Positions 11,708 through 21,408 are shown, counted from the first letter of the stretch. The stretch is 64,000 bases of DNA from an uncultured virus (IMG/VR IMGVR_UViG_3300031525_000003) (IMGVR_UViG_3300031525_000003), one strand, 5' to 3'. The notes: generated from the sequence alone by a model not told the origin. Numbers and translations: made by a program.

Positions 11708-11714
11708 GGACGCC

Positions 11715-12341
11715 ATGCACCCGTACGCACGCTGGTCACACGAGGACTGGCTCCGCCACTACGCGGGGCCGCGCCTCAACCCAGCCACCGCAGAGAAGGG
11801 AAGCGTCTGGGACCCTCTTGGACGCCGTCTTCCGGGTGTCGCGCAGCAGTACGCCACAGGCCTTCGCCTGCTCTACCCATGGGGCGACGACATCCCGCAA
11901 GAGAAGATCCGCGTCGACGGCAGGTTCAAGAGCGTGCTGGGTGACGTGGCCTCTTGCCAGACGCTGTCGCCGGCCGAGCGGCAGGCGTTTCAGGCGCTCT
12001 ACGACACGTGGAGACGCTTCTTCTGCAACAGCGCCAGCGTCAACTGCAGCAAACCTGACTGGAGCCACTTCGCCCTGGGCTCGCAGATGGACCAGATCGA
12101 GAAGTGGGAAGCTCGCCTCTTCGAGTGGCAGCAGAAGCTCCAGGGTCGATGCGCGCTCTCGGCGCCCGCCAACAAGCCCCAGACCGAGTACGATCGAGAG
12201 CGGGAGGGCTTGGGTAACATGAAGGACATCGCCAAGTACGGCGCCATCGCCGCTGCGGCCATCGCCGCCGCGTACCTGCTGGGGCCCGCAGCACGCGGCG
12301 TCGGCTCCAGGATCGCAAGCAGAAGAGAAGCCACCGAGTAG
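11715..12341 (+). CDS. C-terminally anchored membrane protein, paralog of 12355-12888
   Basis: MHPYARWSHEDWLRHY start; C-terminal YGAIAAAAIAAAYLLG. Confidence 0.75.
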   Translation: MHPYARWSHEDWLRHYAGPRLNPATAEKGSVWDPLGRRLPGVAQQYATGLRLLYPWGDDIPQEKIRVDGRFKSVLGDVASCQTLSPAERQAFQALYDTWRRFFCNSASVNCSKPDWSHFALGSQMDQIEKWEARLFEWQQKLQGRCALSAPANKPQTEYDREREGLGNMKDIAKYGAIAAAAIAAAYLLGPAARGVGSRIASRREATE

Positions 12342-12354
12342 TCGCGCTACGGGC

Positions 12355-12888
12355 TCACTTCGACGACAGCAAGAGAAGCGCAGCCAGGCCCACTGCCGCC
12401 AGCGCGAGCGTGTCGGCCGTCTTCTTGTCCATCGGTGGCAGTAGGCCAGTTTTCTTCGGCGACGCGTCCGGCGGTGGCGCGTACGTCTGCGGGGGCACCT
12501 TCGGCATGGGCGCGCGCGCGTTGGGGTCGCACCGGTACCTGGCAATGGATGCTTGCCAGCTCGCGACCTCTTTCTCGTACGCCTCGCCCAGCGTCATCTG
12601 GGGCTCGGGCGCCGGGAGCGTCCCAGGACCGGAATCCTCTCCGTCGAAGTAGGTTCTCCACTTCATGGAGACCGCAATCCATCCGGGCGCGATCGCAGCC
12701 ACGGCCGGGCACGTGTAAACCGTGTTGTCGAGCGCACGCACGAGAGGGTCGACGCGATCCTTCAGCGCCCTCACGTCCGAGGACGTGATGATCGAGTAGC
12801 CGAACGGTAGGTTGATCTTCCCGACCTCGGCGCCACCGCCGTAGTGCCTCACCCAGTCCTCGTGCGACCAGCGGTTCCACGGGTTCAT
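12355..12888 (-). CDS. C-terminally anchored membrane protein, paralog of 11715-12341
   Basis: MNPWNRWSHEDWVRHY start; C-terminal LALAAVGLAALLLL. Confidence 0.75.
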   Translation of the reverse strand: MNPWNRWSHEDWVRHYGGGAEVGKINLPFGYSIITSSDVRALKDRVDPLVRALDNTVYTCPAVAAIAPGWIAVSMKWRTYFDGEDSGPGTLPAPEPQMTLGEAYEKEVASWQASIARYRCDPNARAPMPKVPPQTYAPPPDASPKKTGLLPPMDKKTADTLALAAVGLAALLLLSSK

Positions 12889-12900
12889 CGCGGGGGTCTC

Positions 12901-13548
12901 CTAGGCGATTCGCTGGCCCGAGGCGTTGTCGAACCACACGGCGACCGGGTACTGGTAGCCAGGCACGCGGTAGAGGGCCATCGTGACGTTGTTGTTCGTC
13001 TGGTAGAACGACTTCGGCTCGTAGGCCTTGAGCGTGCCGTTCGTCGTGGACTTCAACAGGCTGCCTGGACGCCAGACCGTGTCGCCCCCCAGCCACGCCC
13101 TGGGATCCACCGCAAACTTCGGGCGCGCGCCGGCCAGCCACCGGGGAGGCTTCGTCACCGCCGTGAAGCCGCCGTGGTTGTCCAGCACGTTCATCATGGT
13201 GGGAGGCGAGCCTCCCGCGTGAGTCATGGACGGGCCAAGAGTGTCTCGACGACTCCAACGATCCTTCTTGTCCTGGTAGGCCTTGCTCCGGATCTGCTCC
13301 GCCTCGCGCTTGCACCCGTCGGCGTTCTTGTTCAGCCGGACACCCAGCTGGTAGTACTTGTCTCGCTCAGGCTTCGGAACATCCGATTCGATGCCGATCA
13401 CGTGCGCGGCGTTCGCGGCTTGCGACCAGGCATTCTCGGCGGCTGCGTAGTCCAGCGGATCGCCCGACACTCTCGCCTTCCGGTCCGCGATCAGCGCGCG
13501 CAACTTGGCTGCCTCCAAGCTGGCCTTCATGTTCACGAGCGACGTCAT
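12901..13548 (-). CDS. Hypothetical protein
   Basis: Protein-like composition; coupled to upstream ORF. Confidence 0.65.
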   Translation of the reverse strand: MTSLVNMKASLEAAKLRALIADRKARVSGDPLDYAAAENAWSQAANAAHVIGIESDVPKPERDKYYQLGVRLNKNADGCKREAEQIRSKAYQDKKDRWSRRDTLGPSMTHAGGSPPTMMNVLDNHGGFTAVTKPPRWLAGARPKFAVDPRAWLGGDTVWRPGSLLKSTTNGTLKAYEPKSFYQTNNNVTMALYRVPGYQYPVAVWFDNASGQRIA

Positions 13549-13898
13549 CGACGGCTCCCTCTCGATGTCCGCCCACGACCTCCACGACGCGAACTCCTAC
13601 CCGCCTTGCGTGGTCGCTTGTTGCCCGCGCGACGCTTGCGCACGACGTGGTAGACCTCGACGTTGTCGGTGCTCACGTGTTTTTTGTAGACGTGATTGCC
13701 TGGATAGTACGGGTGAAACGACGGATTCTCCTTCACGTACGTGTACGAGCGCGGGCCCGTCTTCGTGCACGTGAGGAAGAAACTGGCGTGCGACCGGTTC
13801 GGCGGGACGAAGTCGAACTCGTCGCCCACCGCGAGGTCGCGGAAGAGCACCGTGGGAAGCTTCTCTTCGGCCGCTTGCCGTTCGCGCCAGCTGGTCAT
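13545..13898 (-). CDS. Hypothetical protein with Arg/Ser-rich tail
   Basis: C-terminus RKRRAGNKRPRKAGRSSRRGGRGRTSRGSRR. Confidence 0.65.
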   Translation of the reverse strand: MTSWRERQAAEEKLPTVLFRDLAVGDEFDFVPPNRSHASFFLTCTKTGPRSYTYVKENPSFHPYYPGNHVYKKHVSTDNVEVYHVVRKRRAGNKRPRKAGRSSRRGGRGRTSRGSRR

Positions 13899-15097
13899 AC
13901 CGTCACGATCTCCCGTCCTATAGGGACCATCCGGCCGATGTCCACGACGCGCACACTGGCGCCGCCCACCACGTCCGGCACCATGTTCCTCGCCTCGTCG
14001 GACATCACTCCACCGTCGACCAGAAGCTCGACCAGCGGCACCTCGTCTGCCTCCCATCCGATGCCGATGCCGCGGATCCACCCGCGCACGCACTTGCACC
14101 GATCCAGGAGATCGTTGCGAAGCTGGCGCTGCGCGGCACGCACCTGCGGGACCGTGGGCGCCGGCCTGGGCGACACCGCGCCCCCCACGGCGAAATCCGG
14201 GCTCACCAGGCGGTCGATGACCACACGCACGCGGCCAAGCTGCGACGGGATCCGGTCCATCGTACGGAGGACATCGCGATCCCAGCCGCCGTTCAGGCCC
14301 AGGCGATCGAGCACCATCCCCTTGGGGCCCAGCGTCGGGCGCCCCATGCCACGACCTCCACCACGGCCGAGGCCTCCACCACCGAAGCCCGTGATGACGC
14401 GCACGTAGAAGCCGTCCGGCGCCTGCGCCACCAGCGTGCGGATGTTCGGGTACATCGACTGGAGCTGCGATGCCGCATCCATCGCCTCGTCCCGAGAAAC
14501 CGGCGGCTCACCCCACATCATCGTGGGCCAGAGCCCCGTCGTGTGGCCGTGAAGAGGTGCCGCCATGGGTGCGACGCTGCTGGTGGTCTGCGGCGGGATG
14601 CAGCTCCGCTCGTCGCCTCCGGCCAGAATGCACTGGCAGTACCCGGGCACGAAGAGCCACGGCCTGAGCCTGCACTCCGCAACCGAGTTCCCCCCCTCCC
14701 ACAGATCGACTCCGCCCGCGGCCGCCGACGACGCAGGCACGCGCGGCTCGTAGAGCGTCACACCTTTGAAGCACCCCGGAACGACCTCGGCGCCGTGCGT
14801 CGTCCACGTGTGGTGCTCGACGCGCGCCGTGACCGTTCGGCCGCCAAACTCCCGCTCGAACATCTGACCAAACGCCGTCGCCCCGTCGTGCGCGATGGTC
14901 GAGGCCCACTGCTGCAGATCGGGGTGAGCGACGCCCGCGAGCACCTTCAGGTGAGGCGGCGGCGGAGGGTCGGGCCGGCTGCAGTCGAAACCCCCTGCGC
15001 CCAGCGAAGCCAGGACCGACCCCTGCGAGGCCTTGCGACGCACCACGAACGCGAGCGCGCCCACCCCTAGAGCGACGACGGCAACGGGAACGGCCAT
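13895..15097 (-). CDS. Multidomain membrane-anchored protein
   Basis: N-terminal TM plus RRK; ARVEHH..KGVTLYEP domain; Cys-rich segment; AAGG/AVGG/VVGG linkers. Confidence 0.7.
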   Translation of the reverse strand: MAVPVAVVALGVGALAFVVRRKASQGSVLASLGAGGFDCSRPDPPPPPHLKVLAGVAHPDLQQWASTIAHDGATAFGQMFEREFGGRTVTARVEHHTWTTHGAEVVPGCFKGVTLYEPRVPASSAAAGGVDLWEGGNSVAECRLRPWLFVPGYCQCILAGGDERSCIPPQTTSSVAPMAAPLHGHTTGLWPTMMWGEPPVSRDEAMDAASQLQSMYPNIRTLVAQAPDGFYVRVITGFGGGGLGRGGGRGMGRPTLGPKGMVLDRLGLNGGWDRDVLRTMDRIPSQLGRVRVVIDRLVSPDFAVGGAVSPRPAPTVPQVRAAQRQLRNDLLDRCKCVRGWIRGIGIGWEADEVPLVELLVDGGVMSDEARNMVPDVVGGASVRVVDIGRMVPIGREIVTV

Positions 15098-15219
15098 CTA
15101 AGAAGCCTCCGTGTGGCTAGCGTTCTCGGATGAGAAGGTCGGACGGTTCACGGCTGTTTGGTAGTGTATCAGAGGTGGCGTACGTCGTGGTAGGCTGATA
15201 GCCAAGTCGCCCGCTCGCC

Positions 15220-15585
15220 ATGATCCAGCACGATCACCCCTCCCCCAGGCAGCAGCTGGCGCAGGTGCTGCGGGACGTCTTCCACGCCATGCAGGCCGTC
15301 CTGGGCGAAGCCTCCGCCTACGACACCATCAGCGACGAGCTGACCCTTCCCAAGCGGGTCGAACTCTACAAGCGCGGGCATGACTGCATCGTCTCCGCCG
15401 AGCGCATCGTTCACGAAGGCCTGGGCGGCCCCAAGGCCCTCCCGTGGGTCGAAGAAGAGCCACGCAGCGAAGCCGCCATGAAGCGCGAGGCCCGGCGCGC
15501 GCTCCAGACCGTGCGCTCTCTCGAAAAGCGGTACGGCGTCTCGGCCAGAAGCGGCACCCTCACGCCCGAAAGGACATCGCGATGA
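15220..15585 (+). CDS. Hypothetical helical protein
   Basis: ORF overlaps next start (ATGA). Confidence 0.55.
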   Translation: MIQHDHPSPRQQLAQVLRDVFHAMQAVLGEASAYDTISDELTLPKRVELYKRGHDCIVSAERIVHEGLGGPKALPWVEEEPRSEAAMKREARRALQTVRSLEKRYGVSARSGTLTPERTSR

Positions 15586-16322
15586 CCACGCGCCCACGCA
15601 CGAGCCGCTCTTCGCGTCGCAAACGCGCGGGTAGCAAGACCGGGTCTCTCGGCAACCTCGACGTCGAAGTCCTGCTCGACCTCGCGCGGCCGTGGCGTAC
15701 CCGCAAGCTCCCGCCGCCGGGCACCAGTGTCGTCTACGACCGGCACTACAGCGATCTGGAGCACGAAGGCTTCCTCCACTGGGTGCAGACCCATCCCCAC
15801 CACACGAGCCTGACCGACGACCACTACGAGCTGACGCCCCGCGGTCACGCGCGCGTCGCGTCCTACCGGCAGTGGATGACGAACCTGGGTACGCCCAAGC
15901 ACAAGCGCCACGCCAACTTCGGACCCGAGACGTTTCGGCGGGGCGGCACCAACAAGAGCAACGCGCCGCGCGGCTTCGCCAAGAGCGGCGAATGCCCTCA
16001 GTCCCGGACGAAGTGGAGGTTTACGCGCAGCGAGATCGCCTCCGGGGCCCACAAGTGCTCCTCGTGTGGCGCACCGCTCACTCTGCGCCGACTCTCACCG
16101 GGCATGCAGGGCGAGCCCCGCGTCAGCGAGTACATCCCGGCGCACAAGGCCACCGCGCACCACGGTGACCTCGGGCCGCAGTTCATCACCGGGCCTGGAT
16201 CCAGGCCGGGGCTCGTCAACGTCCTCATGGTCAACAGCCGTGGCGATGTTCTCCATGTGCTGCACCGCAACCTGCCCTACCAGCTGGCGCGCGACATCAT
16301 CCGCCGCAAGCCGATCGAGTAG
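15582..16322 (+). CDS. Modular hypothetical protein with basic N-terminus
   Basis: MTTRPRTSRSSRRKR; KRHAN and AHHGD linkers; CP..CSSC Zn ribbon. Confidence 0.65.
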   Translation: MTTRPRTSRSSRRKRAGSKTGSLGNLDVEVLLDLARPWRTRKLPPPGTSVVYDRHYSDLEHEGFLHWVQTHPHHTSLTDDHYELTPRGHARVASYRQWMTNLGTPKHKRHANFGPETFRRGGTNKSNAPRGFAKSGECPQSRTKWRFTRSEIASGAHKCSSCGAPLTLRRLSPGMQGEPRVSEYIPAHKATAHHGDLGPQFITGPGSRPGLVNVLMVNSRGDVLHVLHRNLPYQLARDIIRRKPIE

Positions 16323-16344
16323 CCGCGACCGGCGCGCAAGGAAG

Positions 16345-16386
16345 TTGTAGCGCCGCGAGAGAGTCCTGTATAACAAACGGTGCAAC
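16345..16386 (+). promoter_or_regulatory. Promoter with operator GTATAAC-N5-GTGCAAC upstream of SCP2
   Basis: TTGTAG-18-TATAAC; operator 16368-16386. Confidence 0.55.
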
Positions 16387-16405
16387 GTCCAGAGGACACC
16401 CGCCC

Positions 16406-16780
16406 ATGCCCGTCGAGATCAAGAAGTACTTCGAGACCGATCTGCCTGCCACGCTCACCACTCACGCGGACAAGGCACGTGCGGTCGGCGCCATCTTCCA
16501 GCTGGGCGTACGCGGACCCAACGGAGGAGACTGGACGGTCGAACTCTCCCCGCGCGGACCTTCCTGCAAAGCCGGCAAGGCCCCCAAGGCCGACTGCTCC
16601 ATCGAGATCCTGGAAGCCGACTTCCTGAAGCTCTGCGAGAACCCGAAGGTCAACGCCCTGACCCTCTTCATGGCCGGCAAGCTCAAGGTGCAGGGCAACC
16701 AGATGCTCGCCATCAAGCTGGGCACCATCCTGGCCCTCGTCCCGCTGCCCAAGGCCCCCGCCGTCGCCGCCTCGCGATGA
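16406..16780 (+). CDS. SCP2 sterol/lipid-binding domain protein
   Basis: GG.WTVEL...ADCSIEI...DFLKL...NALTLFMAGKLKVQGNQMLAIKL. Confidence 0.9.
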   Translation: MPVEIKKYFETDLPATLTTHADKARAVGAIFQLGVRGPNGGDWTVELSPRGPSCKAGKAPKADCSIEILEADFLKLCENPKVNALTLFMAGKLKVQGNQMLAIKLGTILALVPLPKAPAVAASR

Positions 16781-16983
16781 AGGCCAAGCGCTCCAGTCGC
16801 CGCCCGAAGGCGAAGATCACCTCCGCCATGTTCCTGAAACGCTTCGGGATGAAGCCCACGCAGGACGACCTCCAACGGGTCAACTGCTCGAAGGCCGGCA
16901 CCGAGGGGCACAGGCAGTGCGGAGTCTGCAGCTCGCATGGCAGGCCGCGGTTCGAGTGCGGCTGCCTCGGGAAGTCACAATGA
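16777..16983 (+). CDS. Small Cys-rich protein with basic N-terminus
   Basis: MKAKRSSRR...DDLQRVNC..AG..GH..CG.C..H..PRFEC. Confidence 0.6.
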   Translation: MKAKRSSRRPKAKITSAMFLKRFGMKPTQDDLQRVNCSKAGTEGHRQCGVCSSHGRPRFECGCLGKSQ

Positions 16984-17411
16984 GCGCCAGTAGCCAGGGG
17001 CGAGGCCTGTACATCCATGGCAAGCGGGACCTCCGCTTCGACGGCAAGTGCCTCGTCTGTGGCGCCCTCATGCTCGATGCGGCCGGCGTCGAGCACACCC
17101 ACCCCGGCGAGCCCGGATCGGTCTTTGACGAGGGCGGTCGTCGACGCCCCGTCCCCCCGCCGATGCCGTTTCCACCGAACGAGTTCCAGTGCCCGTTCTG
17201 CCCCGAAGGGCACGTTGACTTTCAGACCGGGGCCCACGGGACCCCCGTGTGCCGACAGTACATGGGCCTCACTAAGGCTCTCGACGCGTGGGCGGATCGA
17301 CTCAACGATCTCGTCGTGACGCGCCGACGCGTAGGGGCCTCCCAAAGCCACGTGGTCGCCCCATCGACCGCGCCAACCTCACCCGGCTCCTCAAAGCAGA
17401 GGCTCAAGTGA
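16980..17411 (+). CDS. Zn-ribbon hypothetical protein
   Basis: CLVC, CPFC motifs; coupled start. Confidence 0.5.
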   Translation: MSASSQGRGLYIHGKRDLRFDGKCLVCGALMLDAAGVEHTHPGEPGSVFDEGGRRRPVPPPMPFPPNEFQCPFCPEGHVDFQTGAHGTPVCRQYMGLTKALDAWADRLNDLVVTRRRVGASQSHVVAPSTAPTSPGSSKQRLK

Positions 17412-17677
17412 GCAGCCCGCCTCCCGGCGAGGTCGAGGATCGCGTGCAGACGCTGGCCGAGAACTACCTGAAGTTCGCGGTGACGCGCGTTCGCTACACC
17501 CCGAAAGAGCTTGCCGATCTGGAGATGGCACGCATCGGCCGCGAACTCCCAGCGCTTCTCTCGAACCTCGTCGAGACCTACGTCCAAGAACACCACGAAG
17601 GCATCGACGACGCCGTCCGCACGCTGATGCTGGCCATCGCGACCCTCGTCGGTTTGATCGTCGGCTGGTACAGCTAG
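17408..17677 (+). CDS. Small protein with C-terminal TM helix
   Basis: LMLAIATLVGLIVGWY. Confidence 0.5.
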   Translation: MSSPPPGEVEDRVQTLAENYLKFAVTRVRYTPKELADLEMARIGRELPALLSNLVETYVQEHHEGIDDAVRTLMLAIATLVGLIVGWYS

Positions 17678-18138
17678 AGCGCCGGCCGGTTGGGCGCGAC
17701 GACCTTGGTCCACCGGCCCTTGAGGAGCTGCTCGATGGTCATCTGCTCGCTCTTCCACGCAGCTCGGTCCCCGTCGTAGTCGGCCAGCGACTGACGGCTT
17801 ACCCATACGCGGTACGTCCCGTCGTCGTAGACGAGATTGTCGAAGTGCCCGCTGTCGAGTGCAGGCTGGCTACGCCAGTACGCGTAGCCGCGACCGCGAA
17901 GCTTTGCGGGCGTCTCGTGGCTGTACTTCGGAAACAAGTGCGGCGAAGCGCTCTTGCAGCGATCACACGTCACGTCCCCGGGGTCGCGACTCGCATGCAT
18001 CGCGCCCTTCTGCTCGCGCTTGCTGCACGCGATGTAGCGCCAGTCGGTCTGGAGATGGATCGGCGGATTCGCGTTCCCTGACCGCCGCGAGCTGCGACCG
18101 GACTTGCGACTGGTGCGCTTTGCGCGGCGTGCGGCCAT
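17674..18138 (-). CDS. Hypothetical protein with Arg/Ser-rich leader
   Basis: MAARRAKRTSRKSGRSSRRSGNANP; VTCDRC. Confidence 0.65.
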   Translation of the reverse strand: MAARRAKRTSRKSGRSSRRSGNANPPIHLQTDWRYIACSKREQKGAMHASRDPGDVTCDRCKSASPHLFPKYSHETPAKLRGRGYAYWRSQPALDSGHFDNLVYDDGTYRVWVSRQSLADYDGDRAAWKSEQMTIEQLLKGRWTKVVAPNRPAL

Positions 18139-18205
18139 GCCCAACATGGTACGGCAAGATGCCCAACCGAGGCAAGAACAGGGCTCCTGGTGGTAGACTG
18201 GACGC

Positions 18206-19213
18206 GTGCCGCTCGACGTCAAGACCCGCAACATCCTCGACAAGCTGCGCTCCGCCTACCGCGGGATGCGCCTCGACGAGACGCTGCTTGGCTTGAAGCT
18301 CCTGGGATGGACCACAGAGCCCATTGTGGCCGCCGCTCCGCTCCACTACGACGGCAAGCCACTCCACAAGGACTTCCGCGACGCGAAGACGGCCGACAAG
18401 ACGCGTGACGTGCTCCGCGAAGATCTCGTCAACGCCCTGCCGCGAAAGCCCGAGGTCGACCGATACTACATCATGGACATCGCGGGTCCGGGGAAGACGA
18501 TCTACGCCGACTTCACCATCACCTACCGCGCCTGGCGCGGCGTCGAGGGCTGGCGCGTCACCTCGCCCACGGGCGAGACGTTCGGGCTGCTGGCAGACCC
18601 CATGGGGCGCATGCGCTCGCGCGACCGCATCAAGCCCGATCCGCTCCTTCGCTGGCTGGAAAAGACCAGCGCCCCGGCGGAGGCGCAGAAGATGTTTCTG
18701 GCGGAACGCGACGCGCGCCTCATCCCAGACGTCCGCACGCGCGAAAACACCGGCACCTGCGGCTGCTGCCTACGCAACATCAAGCTCCGCGAGAAAACCG
18801 GCGAGAGCCTCCCCATCGTCGTACTGCACGGCTACAAGCGCCCCGGGATCGGACGCGTCATCGGCCACTGCCCCGGCGAAGCCTACCCCCCCTACGAGCT
18901 GAGCGACGCGGCCACCCAGCACCTCCGCGACATCGTTCGGCCCATCATCGTCAGCATCATCGAGCACATCGAACATTTGCGATCGAGCGACATTCAGGAG
19001 ATCACCATCCTCAGCCGGACCACTCGTCGGGCGGACGTGCCCCCCGCACTCTGGGAGGACACGGTCCGGCGCGCCGTCGACAGCGACAAGGCTCTCCTCC
19101 TCCACTACCAGCACACCCTCAAGGTCTGCGATGAACTCATCGCCGACTGGAAACTCCGCCCGCTGCCCAAGGCCGGGACCGAGCACCGACGCTCCAAAGA
19201 CATGTATTTCTAA
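18206..19213 (+). CDS. Phage hypothetical protein with Zn-binding motif
   Basis: GTCGCC.R.IK...VLHGYKRPG.G...GHCPG..Y.PYE.S. Confidence 0.65.
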   Translation: MPLDVKTRNILDKLRSAYRGMRLDETLLGLKLLGWTTEPIVAAAPLHYDGKPLHKDFRDAKTADKTRDVLREDLVNALPRKPEVDRYYIMDIAGPGKTIYADFTITYRAWRGVEGWRVTSPTGETFGLLADPMGRMRSRDRIKPDPLLRWLEKTSAPAEAQKMFLAERDARLIPDVRTRENTGTCGCCLRNIKLREKTGESLPIVVLHGYKRPGIGRVIGHCPGEAYPPYELSDAATQHLRDIVRPIIVSIIEHIEHLRSSDIQEITILSRTTRRADVPPALWEDTVRRAVDSDKALLLHYQHTLKVCDELIADWKLRPLPKAGTEHRRSKDMYF

Positions 19214-19275
19214 GGGGGCACATTCGAGTCCGATCCGAAAGCAGCCGCTACCCGGATGGTGCTACTCTCGATGCC

Positions 19276-20112
19276 ATGGAGCCGTGGGAGCCCTGGTGGA
19301 ACGGTCAGCAGTGGGTCGTGGGACGTGGCGGGGGTGGCGGACGACGGATGCACGCGCCCGCTGCGCGCACCGCGATGATGTCCCGGCCACCCGCGAGTCC
19401 CGCGGCAAGCCCTGGAATGTTCAGCCCCACGCCATCCCCGGGAGGGGGAGGACGGAAGCCGCCTCCGCTCGTTCACGTCGCGCCGCACGCATCTCCGCCT
19501 CACACGCCGCCGCTCCACCCGAACCCGGGGGGTGGCCTGGGACTTGGGCTGGGGTGGGGCTGGGGGGGTGGACCCGGCGGCGGGTACGGCGGCCCTCCAG
19601 GACCCGACGGAGGTGGCCCCCCCGGGCCGGGGGACGGTGGCGGCGGACCGCCCAGCTTCAACCTCTGGCTCGTCGACGTCGACAAGTTCGGCTCGTTCGA
19701 CGCCGGCATGGTGGTCAAGAACGAGCAGCAGGTCGGCCAGGGCGATCCGGACACCCTCCAGCAGCAGCAGCACGATCAGTTCACAGCCGTGCTCCCGTGC
19801 GTCATCCCGGGCGCAGCCGGGAGGGTCACCATCATCCTCCCGGACCCCCAGAAGCCCAGCGAAGGTGGCTGGCAGAGCAGCCCGCAGGCTTGCCCCGCCA
19901 ACCCCTCCGCCAACACCCTGGAGCCCGTGGGCGTCGCCGCGCAGGCCGCCGCCGCCAGCGGGTACGGCGTGGGCCAGTGGGTCGGCGCTCACTGCTGCAT
20001 GGGCGGCTACCGCACCTGCCGTCTATCGTACGGCCGGCCCCTGGGGACACCGTGCTCCTGCTCGGGCGAAGGCATCCAGTTCGGGATCGCCGCCGGGTAC
20101 GTCTGCCCCTGA
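19276..20112 (+). CDS. Gly/Pro-rich protein with Trp-rich leader and Cys-rich C-terminal domain
   Basis: MEPWEPWWNGQQWVVG; GGPPG repeats; HCC..TC..G.PCSC..G.VC. Confidence 0.65.
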   Translation: MEPWEPWWNGQQWVVGRGGGGGRRMHAPAARTAMMSRPPASPAASPGMFSPTPSPGGGGRKPPPLVHVAPHASPPHTPPLHPNPGGGLGLGLGWGWGGGPGGGYGGPPGPDGGGPPGPGDGGGGPPSFNLWLVDVDKFGSFDAGMVVKNEQQVGQGDPDTLQQQQHDQFTAVLPCVIPGAAGRVTIILPDPQKPSEGGWQSSPQACPANPSANTLEPVGVAAQAAAASGYGVGQWVGAHCCMGGYRTCRLSYGRPLGTPCSCSGEGIQFGIAAGYVCP

Positions 20113-20120
20113 GGACATCC

Positions 20121-20654
20121 ATGCCCATCGCGAAGAAAAGGCGCGGCAGTCGTCGTGGCTCACGCCGCAGCGGCGACACCAGACGGCGCATCTCCGTACC
20201 TCGGCCGACCCACGCTCTCTTCATGGACGGTCAGGTCTACGCACGCATCGAGTCGCGCGGGTCGACCACGACGATCGAGCTTCTGCCCTCCGGAGCCGTA
20301 TCCAACTCCCGGTCGTCGTCCTTGCGGGACGATGTCCTGCTTGGAAACTGGCGCGCGCCGCTCAAGTACATGTTCAGCGAGGAGGATCTTCGCGGCATCC
20401 CTTGGGGCGCCAAGGTCGTGCCGTGGGGCTACGTGACCGAGTTCGTGCCGGAGCAAGCCAAGAAACGCCCTGCCGTCAGCGCCGGATGGCGCTTCGAACC
20501 GGCAGAGGGACACCCTCTGCCGTACTACGATGCCAACCGCCGGCCGCTCATGGGCCCATGTCCGCATGTGCGAACTCGCGACGGCAAGCGCTGCCGGTAC
20601 GCTACGGCTCCGGGTGGCGGACCCCATGACGGGCCTCACTCGCCACGCGATTAG
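20121..20654 (+). CDS. Hypothetical protein with basic leader
   Basis: GAGGA RBS; MPIAKKRRGSRRGSRRSGDT. Confidence 0.6.
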   Translation: MPIAKKRRGSRRGSRRSGDTRRRISVPRPTHALFMDGQVYARIESRGSTTTIELLPSGAVSNSRSSSLRDDVLLGNWRAPLKYMFSEEDLRGIPWGAKVVPWGYVTEFVPEQAKKRPAVSAGWRFEPAEGHPLPYYDANRRPLMGPCPHVRTRDGKRCRYATAPGGGPHDGPHSPRD

Positions 20655-20667
20655 CGGATCCCGACCG

Positions 20668-21408
20668 TCATCCGTGCAATCCCAGCGCACGACGCATGCT
20701 GGGATCGAGCGTGTCGATGTGCTTGGCGAAGCCGTGCCCCTCCCGGGCCCGCTCGTTGGCGCGCACCGGATCGCCGAACCGACCGAGAAGCCTGGGGACC
20801 CCCAGCGTCCGCGCGAAGACGATCCACGGCCGCGAGGACGTGTAGTTGCCAGAGGCCTTCCGGGGCCGCTCCAGAATGCCCGGACGAATCGACGCATGCA
20901 GCACGTGGCCGTAGGCGTTCCTCTCCATCGCCCCGAAGGGCTCGTTCACGTACTTCTGACGCTCGGGCGGGATGCCCGGGAGCGCGCCACGGTAGAACTC
21001 CGCCCGGGCACCCGGACGCATGCGCTCCAGGCGTTCGATCGCCCAAGCGCTCGCTCGCGGGTACGTGTGGAAGGCGTTCTTGCTGCCGTCCGAGAGCTTC
21101 ACGATGAAGTCCCCACCGGTTTTTTCCTCGCGCCGATACTCGCGACGGGCCGCGTCGAGCGCGCCGCTGGCAATGGCTTCGTTCAGCTTCACGCGCGCCG
21201 CCGCCGCCCAGATCTCCGGATCCGGACGCTTACGGCTCTGGGTCGCCAGGCCGTACGGCGGACCGTAGGCATCCACGGTGCCCGTCCGGTCGTTGATGAC
21301 GCCGATCGTGAACTCGCTGGGGACGTTTGAGCGGCCGCGCGCCAGCGGAAACTCGCTCTTCTTCACCCACACGATCCAGCTGGTGCCCTCGCTGCCCTGA
21401 AAGCGCAT
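20668..21408 (-). CDS. Modular hypothetical protein
   Basis: GGAGG RBS; RPRKASGN linker before last module. Confidence 0.6.
   Translation of the reverse strand: MRFQGSEGTSWIVWVKKSEFPLARGRSNVPSEFTIGVINDRTGTVDAYGPPYGLATQSRKRPDPEIWAAAARVKLNEAIASGALDAARREYRREEKTGGDFIVKLSDGSKNAFHTYPRASAWAIERLERMRPGARAEFYRGALPGIPPERQKYVNEPFGAMERNAYGHVLHASIRPGILERPRKASGNYTSSRPWIVFARTLGVPRLLGRFGDPVRANERAREGHGFAKHIDTLDPSMRRALGLHG

Noticed and set aside
11715..12888. Invertible segment bounded by inverted repeats
   Set aside because: Only 37 of 48 nt match with synonymous changes, and no recombinase is seen; protein paralogy explains it
19214..19275. TTCGAGTCC resembling a tRNA T-loop
   Set aside because: No cloverleaf or acceptor stem, and the gap is too short
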